Assembly (NCBI RefSeq): GCF_964019745.1
Contig: NZ_OZ026462.1
Span: 60,001 to 92,000 of the forward strand
Direction: 5' to 3'
Origin: Candidatus Saccharimonadota bacterium
GTDB lineage: Bacteria > Pseudomonadota > Gammaproteobacteria > Burkholderiales > Burkholderiaceae
DNA length: 32,000 nucleotides
A program made the position numbers and the translations under genes. Position 1 is the stretch's first letter, and each line of letters opens with the position of its first letter. The notes under the pieces are model-generated. The model was not told the DNA's origin and made no database searches. It worked only from the letters and a program-made list of their open reading frames with translations. Of the stretch, positions 23,109 to 32,000 are shown one piece after another.

Positions 23109-23573
23109 ATGAATAATTTAAAAATTATTAATTTATTAAATGATCAATTAATTAATGAATTAATAGCAAGTAATCAATATTTTTTAAATTCTATAATTTA
23201 TAAACATTTAGGTTATAAAAAAATTGCATTAAAAGAAAAAAATGAATCAAAAGAAGAATTAAAACATGCAAAAAAAATTTTAAATAGAATATTAACTCTT
23301 GAAGGTAAACCCAATATTGAAATTTTAAATAAATTTATATTTAGTAATAATATAGAAGAAATTTTAAAAAATAATTTATATTTTGAAAAAAAAATTCAAA
23401 AAAATCTTAAAAAAAATATACTTATATGTGAAAAAAAATATGATTATATCACAAGAATACTTTTAGAAGAAATTTTATATGATTCTATTAAACATATAAA
23501 ATGGATAAAATTTGAATTAAATATTATTAATATAATTGGAATTAAAGATTACTTAAAAATACAAATTAATTAA
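23109..23573 (+). CDS. bfr: bacterioferritin-like protein (copy 2, identical)
   Basis: The protein is identical to the product of 15221..15685. Confidence 0.8.
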   Translation: MNNLKIINLLNDQLINELIASNQYFLNSIIYKHLGYKKIALKEKNESKEELKHAKKILNRILTLEGKPNIEILNKFIFSNNIEEILKNNLYFEKKIQKNLKKNILICEKKYDYITRILLEEILYDSIKHIKWIKFELNIINIIGIKDYLKIQIN

Positions 23574-23595
23574 TTTTTAAAATTATAAAGATAAA

Positions 23596-25128
23596 TTAAA
23601 TATTTCGTAAATAAGGAAATAAAATTACATCTTTTATACTAAAAGAATTTGTTAAAATCATAACTAAACGATCAATACCAATACCACATCCAGCTGTAGG
23701 TGGCATACCATATTCTAAAGCATTAATATAATCTTTATCATAATATTTATTATTTTTAAATGTTTTTTTTTTAATATTTTTAATATTAATATTTTTATGT
23801 TTTATAATTTGTTTTAAAAATCTTTTAGATTGTTCTTTAGAATCATTTAATTCAGAAAAACCATTAGCTATTTCACAACCATAAATAAATAATTCAAAAC
23901 GTTCAGTTATATTTTTATTAATATTTGATAAACGTGCTAAAGGAGAAACAGAAACTGGATAATCTATAATATAAGTAGGATTAATTATTTTAGATTTTGT
24001 TGTTATATCAAATAAAATTAATTGCATTTGATATAAATCCATATCTAAATTTTTAATAATTTTTTTATTTAATTTTAAACTAATTTTTTTTAATTCTAAA
24101 TATAAAAAAGAAATATTATTTAATTGAAATATAGTATAATTTGTATAATTTAATATAGCATCAATAATAGTAAATCTTTTAAAAGGTTTAGAAAAATCTA
24201 TTTTTTTTTCACGATATTTTATTATATTTTTTTTATATAAAAAAAAAGTTAATTTTTTAAAAATTTTTTCAATAAAAATCATTAACCATTTATAATCAAC
24301 ATAAGTTGAATAAAATTCTAACATAGTAAATTCAGGATTATGAAAAATAGATAAACCTTCATTACGAAAATTTCTATTAATTTCAAAAATTCTATTAAAA
24401 CCACCAACAATTAATTTTTTTAAAAATAATTCTGGAGAAACTCTTAAAAACATTTTCATATTTAAAGAATTATGATATGTAATAAATGGTTTAGCTGAAG
24501 CTCCTCCAGGAATTTTATGAAACATTGGTGTTTCAACTTCTAAAAAATCATTTTTTTCTAAAAATTTTCTAATAAAAGAAATAATAGAAGATCTAATTTT
24601 AAAAACTAATCTTACTTTAGGATTTATAATTAAATCTAAATATCGTTTACGATATTTAATTTCTTTATTTGATAAACCATAAAATTTACTTGAAATTTGA
24701 TGAATAGATTTATTAATAAATAAAATTTTATTAACTTTTATAGTTAATTCATTTGTATTAGTTTTAAATAAAATTCCACATACTCCAATAATATCTCCTA
24801 AATCATAATTTTTAAAATTATTAAATCCAATTTTACCTAATATATTATAATTAATATATATTTGAATTTTTCCATTTAAAAAAGATCCTGAAAAATCACT
24901 AATTAAAGCAAAAATTGCTTTTCCAAAAATTCGTTTAGTAAATATTCTACCGGCTATAGAAACATTAATTTTTTTTTTTTCTAAAATTAATTTATCAAAA
25001 TTATTATATTTTTTACATAAAAAATATGTTTTATTTTTAGGAATAAAATTATTAGGAAAATTAAAACCTTGAGAAATCATTAAATCTAATTTTTTTTTTC
25101 TATTATTAATTTCTGAAAAAATATTCAT
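23596..25128 (-). CDS. lysS: lysyl-tRNA synthetase, class II (copy 2, identical)
   Basis: The protein is identical to the product of 15708..17240. This copy keeps the native prfB-lysS arrangement. Confidence 0.95.
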   Translation of the reverse strand: MNIFSEINNRKKKLDLMISQGFNFPNNFIPKNKTYFLCKKYNNFDKLILEKKKINVSIAGRIFTKRIFGKAIFALISDFSGSFLNGKIQIYINYNILGKIGFNNFKNYDLGDIIGVCGILFKTNTNELTIKVNKILFINKSIHQISSKFYGLSNKEIKYRKRYLDLIINPKVRLVFKIRSSIISFIRKFLEKNDFLEVETPMFHKIPGGASAKPFITYHNSLNMKMFLRVSPELFLKKLIVGGFNRIFEINRNFRNEGLSIFHNPEFTMLEFYSTYVDYKWLMIFIEKIFKKLTFFLYKKNIIKYREKKIDFSKPFKRFTIIDAILNYTNYTIFQLNNISFLYLELKKISLKLNKKIIKNLDMDLYQMQLILFDITTKSKIINPTYIIDYPVSVSPLARLSNINKNITERFELFIYGCEIANGFSELNDSKEQSKRFLKQIIKHKNINIKNIKKKTFKNNKYYDKDYINALEYGMPPTAGCGIGIDRLVMILTNSFSIKDVILFPYLRNI

Positions 25129-25185
25129 TTTTTTATAAATTAAATAAATTTTTAAAATTATATTAAAAATAAATATAAATATATT

Positions 25186-26292
25186 TTATACTTTTAATTT
25201 TAAAAATTCATAAATAAAATTATCTATTTTACCATCTAAAGTACCTTTTATATCATTAGTTTGATAATTAGTTCTTAAATCTTTAATAAATGATTTATCT
25301 AAAATATAAGATCTAATTTGTTGCCCCCAACTTATATTAGATTTCAAATTTTCAATTTTTTTACGTTTAATTAATTGTTTATTTTTTTCAAAATTATATA
25401 ATTTATTTTTTAACATATTCCATGCAGTAACTTTATTACGATATTGACTTCGACTATTTTGACATTTAACTACTATTCCAGTAGGAATATGAGTTAAACG
25501 AACAGCAGAATCAGTTTTATTAACATGTTGTCCACCAGCACCTGAAGATTTATAAGTATCAATTTTTACACTAGAAATATCAATTGTAATTTTTATTAAA
25601 TTTTCATAATCAGGATATACAAATAAACTAGCAAAAGAAGTATGTCTATTTTTTGAAAAATTAAATGGAGATTTTCTTACTAAACGATGAATACCTGTTT
25701 CAGTTTTTAAAAAACCAAATGCATATTTACCTTTTACTTTAATTGTTGCTAATCTTATACCATTTTTTTCACCATAAGATTTATGCATAATTTCAGTTTT
25801 AAATTTTTTTCTCTCACAATATTTTAAATATTGACGTAATAATATAAAAGACCAATCTTCTGCATCTATACCTCCAGCACCAGCTTTTATATCTATAAAA
25901 CAATTTTTTTTATCAATAGAATTATTAAAAATTTTTTTAAATTCTATTAATATAATTTTTTTTTTTATTTTTTTTATTTCTAATAAAATAAAATCTAATA
26001 AAGAAAAATTTTTTTCTAAAAAAGTAAGTAAAATTAATTCTTTTATATTTTTTATTTCTAAATTAATTAATTTAATTTTATTTAAAATTTTTTCAATTTT
26101 TTTTTTTTTATTTAAAAAAAAAATTTTTTTTTTATATTGATTATAAATTAAAGGTTTTAATAATTCATTATTAATTTTTTTAATTTTTTTTTTTTTTTTT
26201 TTAATATTTAAAATATTACATAATTTTACAAAAAGTAATAATATCTTTTTAAAAGATATTTTTAATATTTCTTTTTTTTTTAAAAATATCAT
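25186..26292 (-). CDS. prfB: peptide chain release factor 2 (full length, single ORF)
   Basis: 368 aa. The SPF tripeptide (RKSPFNF) specifies RF2; the GGQ motif (SSGAGGQHVNKTDSAVRLTHIPTG) is present. There is no internal in-frame stop or +1 frameshift site. Confidence 0.92.
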   Translation of the reverse strand: MIFLKKKEILKISFKKILLLFVKLCNILNIKKKKKKIKKINNELLKPLIYNQYKKKIFFLNKKKKIEKILNKIKLINLEIKNIKELILLTFLEKNFSLLDFILLEIKKIKKKIILIEFKKIFNNSIDKKNCFIDIKAGAGGIDAEDWSFILLRQYLKYCERKKFKTEIMHKSYGEKNGIRLATIKVKGKYAFGFLKTETGIHRLVRKSPFNFSKNRHTSFASLFVYPDYENLIKITIDISSVKIDTYKSSGAGGQHVNKTDSAVRLTHIPTGIVVKCQNSRSQYRNKVTAWNMLKNKLYNFEKNKQLIKRKKIENLKSNISWGQQIRSYILDKSFIKDLRTNYQTNDIKGTLDGKIDNFIYEFLKLKV

Positions 26293-26500
26293 AAAAATAA
26301 AAATTGTATAAATTTTATTTAAATAAATTTTTTTAATATATATTAATATTTTTTAAAAATATATTTTATAAATATTTATATATTTAATAAATATATATTT
26401 AATATATTAATTAATAATTAATATTTTTTTATAAATATAATTATAAAAATTAATATTTTTATTATAAATAAATATTTATTAAATTTTTAATAAATAAAAT

Positions 26501-26680
26501 TATTTAATATTATTTAATATTATTTAATATTATTTAATATTATTTAATATTATTTAATATTATTTAATATTATTTAATATTATTTAATATTATTTAATAT
26601 TATTTAATATTATTTAATATTATTTAATATTATTTAATATTATTTAATATTATTTAATATTATTTAATATTATTTAATAT
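26501..26680. repeat. perfect 10-bp microsatellite (tatttaatat) x 18
   Basis: Counted directly: 18 uninterrupted identical units over 180 bp, with degenerate unit-like sequence on both flanks. Confidence 0.97.
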
Positions 26681-27318
26681 TAATAAATCAAAAATTATAT
26701 TCTTTGAATAATAAAGACTACTAATTATAGCTATCATATCTACTCCAAATTTAAATAAAGGTAAAAAATTTTTTTTATTTATACCACCAATTGCTACAAT
26801 TGGAACAAATATTTTTTTTTTTATTAAAGATATTAACTTTAAATTTGTTTTAAATAAATATTTTTTAATGTTTGAAAAATAAAACCCTCCTAAAGAAATA
26901 TAATTTGCACCATTAAGAAAATTTTTCTTAGCAAAATATAATGAATTATAACAAGAAGAACCAATAATTTTTTTATTTCCTAAAATATATCTAGCTTCAA
27001 AAATAGAAAAATCTTTATAACCTAAATGAACACCATCAGCATTAATCTGAATACATAAATCAATATCATTATTAATTATTAAAGGAATATTATTATTATG
27101 ACATAATTTTAATAAAAATATTGCTTGTTTTTTTTGAATATCTTTTTTAGAAATTTTATTTCTATATTGAATTAATGAACATTATTTCTATATTGAATTA
27201 ATGAACAACCACCTTTAATTATTTTTTTAGTTATTAAAATTAATTTTTTTGTATCATTCCAATCAGGAGTAATAATATATAAACCTTTATATATATATTT
27301 ATTTTTTAAATTGTTCAT
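26660..27318 (-). pseudogene. thiE: thiamine-phosphate synthase disrupted by a 26-bp tandem duplication
   Basis: My own codon-by-codon translation starts at ATG 27318..27316: MNNLKNKYIYKGLYIITPD...GGCSLIQYRNNVH, then a stop at 27172..27174. Removing one 26-bp unit gives an uninterrupted 210-aa ThiE. That product has NADGVHLG, IGSSCYN, GANYISLGGFYFS, VPIVAIGGIN and GVDMIAIISSLY motifs. The stop is at 26660..26662. Confidence 0.88.
27156..27207. repeat. perfect 26-bp tandem duplication (ttatttctatattgaattaatgaaca x 2) inside thiE
   Basis: Units 27156..27181 and 27182..27207 are identical when read directly from the sequence. Confidence 0.95.
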
Positions 27319-27334
27319 AACAATAAAAATAAAT

Positions 27335-28129
27335 TTAAAAAAAATTAAATTTTGGAGAAGAAGAAAAAGCTATATTTTTTTTATTCATTCTACCAGCTAA
27401 AAAAGATTGACGTCCTGATTGCACAGCTTTTTTCATAGCATTTGCCATAATTATAGGATTTTTAGCTTTAGCAATAGCTGTATTCATTAATACTCCATCA
27501 CATCCAATTTCCATAGCTATTACTGCATCTGAAGCAGTACCAATACCTGCATCTACTATAATTGGTATATTTGACTCTTTAACTATTAATGATAAATTAA
27601 ATTTATTTAAAATCCCCATACCTGAACCTATCATAGATGCTAAAGGCATTATTGCTATAACACCCATTTTTTCTAAAATTTTTGCTTGTATAGAATCATC
27701 AGTACAATAAACCATTACTTTAAAATTATCTTTTATTAAAATTTCAACAGCTTTAAAAGTTTCTTGCATATTTGGTAATAATGTTTTTTTATCTCCTAAA
27801 ATTTCTAATTTTATTAAATTATTACCTTCTAATAATTCACGTGATAATTTTGAAACATAAACAGCTTCTTCTGCATTATAACAATTAGCTGTATTAGGTA
27901 AAATAGTACAAGATTCTTTATATAACATTTTTAATAAATTTGAAGAAGCTCTTTTTTCAAATAAATTTAATCTTTTAATAGAAATAGTAATTATATTTGC
28001 TTTACTAATTTTAATAACATCACGTAATTCAAAAAAACTTCTATATTTACCAGTACCTATTAAAAGCCTAGATTTATATTTTTTATTACATAAAATAAAA
28101 GAATTATTTTTAAAATTTTTTTTTAACAT
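27335..28129 (-). CDS. thiG: thiazole synthase
   Basis: 264 aa. LLIGTGKY, the KLEILGD-type block, VMVYCTDD, AIMPLASMIGSGMGI and IIVDAGIGTASDA are ThiG motifs. Confidence 0.92.
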   Translation of the reverse strand: MLKKNFKNNSFILCNKKYKSRLLIGTGKYRSFFELRDVIKISKANIITISIKRLNLFEKRASSNLLKMLYKESCTILPNTANCYNAEEAVYVSKLSRELLEGNNLIKLEILGDKKTLLPNMQETFKAVEILIKDNFKVMVYCTDDSIQAKILEKMGVIAIMPLASMIGSGMGILNKFNLSLIVKESNIPIIVDAGIGTASDAVIAMEIGCDGVLMNTAIAKAKNPIIMANAMKKAVQSGRQSFLAGRMNKKNIAFSSSPKFNFF

Positions 28130-28173
28130 TTAAATGTGTAAATTATAAATTTTAAATAAATATTTTTTAAAAA

Positions 28174-28374
28174 CTATCCACCACCTACAGCTGTAATAAT
28201 ATCTACACAATCACCTTCATTTAATAAATACCTAGACCAATTACAAATTTGTATAATAATTTTATTAACAGAAACAGCAATAAGATATTTATTTAAATTA
28301 AGTTTAATTATTAATTCATTTAAAAAAAAAATATTTTTTAAAAAAAAAAATTTACCATTTAATTTAATTTTCAT
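28174..28374 (-). CDS. thiS: sulfur-carrier protein ThiS
   Basis: 66 aa with a C-terminal ...GDCVDIITAVGGG (Gly-Gly end). It lies between thiC and thiG. Confidence 0.78.
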   Translation of the reverse strand: MKIKLNGKFFFLKNIFFLNELIIKLNLNKYLIAVSVNKIIIQICNWSRYLLNEGDCVDIITAVGGG

Positions 28375-28415
28375 AAATTAATATAATATATTTACATTTT
28401 TATAATAAATTTAAA

Positions 28416-30224
<1,809 letters not shown>

Positions 30225-30371
30225 TTAAAATAAAAAATTTTATTTATTTTAAAAAAAAAATTATTTATAATATCATTGATAATGATATTTTTTTTAAAAA
30301 AAAAAAAAAATATTAATTTTCAATATATTTTTTAAAAAAACAAAAATAATTAAAAATTATTAAAATTTAAA

Positions 30372-32000
30372 ATGAAAAAAATATTTTTTTTAAAAAAAAA
30401 AAAAACAAAAAAAATTTTTTGCATACAACTTCCTCCCCCAAATATTACTGGAATATTACATTTAGGACATGCTTTTAATCAAATAATTTCAGATATATTA
30501 ATGAGATATCATTTTATGATGGGATATAAAATAAATGGAATTTTTGGTACAGATCACGCGGGTATAGCAACACAATTAATAATTGAAAAACAATTAAAAA
30601 AAATAAATTCTTCAAAAGAAGAAATAGGAAAAATTGAATTTAAAAAAAAAATTTTTAATTGGAAAAAAAAATCAGAAAATAAAATTAAAAAACAAATTAA
30701 AAAAATAGGAATATCTATAGATTTTAAAAAAAAATATTTTACAATGAACAAAAAATTTTCTTCTATAGTAAAAAAAACATTTGTAAAATTATTTAATGAT
30801 AATTTAATTTATAAAAAAAAAAAAATAGTAAATTGGGATCCAACAATAAAAACAGTAATTTCTGATTTAGAAATAAAATGGAAAAAAAAAATAGGTAAAA
30901 TTTGGAATATTAAATATAATATTTTAAATTCTAATAAATATATTGTTGTTTCAACAACTAGACCTGAAACTATTTTTGGTGATGTAGCTATAGCTATTAA
31001 TCCTAAAGATGATAGATATCATAAACTTAAAAATAAAATGTTTAAAGTACCTATAATAAATAAAATTATACCAATAATAGCAGATGAAAAAATTAAAAAA
31101 GAATTTGGAACAGGATTAGTAAAAATAACACCTGCTCATAATTTTATAGATTATGAAATAAGTAAAAAACATAATTTAGAAAAAATAAATATATTTACAA
31201 CTGATGTTAAAATTAATAAAAAAGCCCCATATAAATACCAAGGTATGGATAGATTTCAAGCAAGAGTAGAAATTTTAAAAGAACTTAAAAAAAATAAATT
31301 AATAGAAAGTTATAAACTACATAAAATAAATATTCCATACGCAGAAAGAACAAATGCAATTATAGAACCTATGTTAATGAATCAATGGTTTATTGCAGTA
31401 AATAAACCCTCAAAAAACAATAAATATTTTTATAAAAAATCATTAGCAGAAATAACAAAAGAAAAAATTAATAATAAAGAAATTATAATAATTCCTTCTT
31501 ATTGGAAAAAAACTTTCAATAAATGGATAAATAATATTCAAGATTGGTGTATTTCTCGTCAATTATGGTGGGGGCATAAAATACCTGCATGGTATGATGA
31601 AAAAAAAAATATATATGTAACAAATACAAAAACTGAAGCTATAAAAAAAGCAAAAAATAAAAAAATTATTCAAGAAAAAGATGTTTTAGATACTTGGTTT
31701 TCTTCCGCATTAATACCTTTTGCCACTATAAAATTATCAAAAAAAAAAAAATATAATCCATATTTACCATCTTCTATTTTAATTACAGGATTTGATATAA
31801 TATTTTTTTGGGTTATAAGAATGATAATGATGACTGCTTACTTCACAGGTAAAATACCTTTTAAAAAAATATATATACATGGTATTATAAAAGATAAAAA
31901 AGGTAAAAAAATGTCAAAATTTAAAGGTAATACTATTAATCCAATAGATATAATAAATAAAATTAATTCAAAAAAATTAATTAAAAAAAAAAAAAAAAAA
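30372..32000 (+). CDS. valS: valyl-tRNA synthetase, N-terminal 543 codons (runs off window end)
   Basis: My own translation from ATG 30372 gives MKKIFFLKKKKTKKIFCIQLPPPNITGILHLGHAFNQ (HIGH region). It also has TTRPETIFGDVAIAINP, WCISRQLWWGHKIPAWY and KMSKF (the KMSKS loop, about 31909). It is not in the ORF track because no stop falls inside the window. Confidence 0.92.
   Translation, partial: MKKIFFLKKKKTKKIFCIQLPPPNITGILHLGHAFNQIISDILMRYHFMMGYKINGIFGTDHAGIATQLIIEKQLKKINSSKEEIGKIEFKKKIFNWKKKSENKIKKQIKKIGISIDFKKKYFTMNKKFSSIVKKTFVKLFNDNLIYKKKKIVNWDPTIKTVISDLEIKWKKKIGKIWNIKYNILNSNKYIVVSTTRPETIFGDVAIAINPKDDRYHKLKNKMFKVPIINKIIPIIADEKIKKEFGTGLVKITPAHNFIDYEISKKHNLEKINIFTTDVKINKKAPYKYQGMDRFQARVEILKELKKNKLIESYKLHKINIPYAERTNAIIEPMLMNQWFIAVNKPSKNNKYFYKKSLAEITKEKINNKEIIIIPSYWKKTFNKWINNIQDWCISRQLWWGHKIPAWYDEKKNIYVTNTKTEAIKKAKNKKIIQEKDVLDTWFSSALIPFATIKLSKKKKYNPYLPSSILITGFDIIFFWVIRMIMMTAYFTGKIPFKKIYIHGIIKDKKGKKMSKFKGNTINPIDIINKINSKKLIKKKKKK

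Larger units (their letters stand above)
18036..25923. repeat. 7,888-bp tandem duplication, unit 2
   Basis: See unit 1. Identity extends 2 nt further (25924..25925 'at' equals 18036..18037 and 10148..10149). It then breaks (25926 t versus 18038 g). Confidence 0.93.

Noticed and set aside
10148-25925. Composite transposon, integrated element or genomic island as the cause of the 7.9-kb repeat
   Set aside because: I found no transposase, integrase, phage or plasmid genes, no terminal inverted repeats and no target-site duplication. The content is purely core housekeeping genes in conserved local synteny. The repeat is directly tandem.
25186-26292. Programmed +1 frameshift in prfB, or an alternative genetic code (UGA=Trp)
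   Set aside because: prfB is a single 368-aa ORF with no internal UGA. All conserved genes reach full length under the standard code, and RF2 itself is retained. Code 11 therefore fits.
26501-26680. CRISPR array
   Set aside because: The 10-bp units are contiguous with no spacers, and there are no cas genes. It is a microsatellite.
30554-30751. 65-aa ORF on the minus strand
   Set aside because: It is antisense within valS, whose plus-strand frame is continuous and motif-rich here.

Overview
Extremely AT-rich window: GC is visibly far below 20%, several intergenic spacers are almost pure A/T, and proteins are Lys/Ile/Asn-rich. This looks like a highly reduced proteobacterial endosymbiont genome; I cannot name the organism. 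All genes are housekeeping or nutrient-provisioning. In order they are hisD' and hisG (-); atpBEFHAGDC (-); a tRNA with anticodon CAU; miaB; a frameshifted ybeY; glyQ-glyS (+); rsmA (-); mnmA (+); a bfr-like gene (+); lysS (-) and prfB (-); thiC-thiS-thiG-thiE (-); and valS' (+). The standard code fits, since ORFs are full length and prfB is retained. I see no defence system, mobile element, CRISPR array, secretion system or biosynthetic cluster, and I do not claim a novel gene system. The unusual content is structural. (1) A 7,888-bp head-to-tail tandem duplication (10148..18035 and 18036..25923), identical wherever I could compare the copies, gives second full copies of glyS, rsmA, mnmA, bfr and lysS, with a junction of 3'-prfB against 5'-truncated glyQ. 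(2) A perfect 18 x 10-bp microsatellite overlaps the thiE stop. (3) A perfect 26-bp tandem duplication frameshifts an otherwise intact thiE. (4) ybeY is split by a frameshift inside an A13 tract. The large duplication could be an assembly artefact and needs read-level confirmation.
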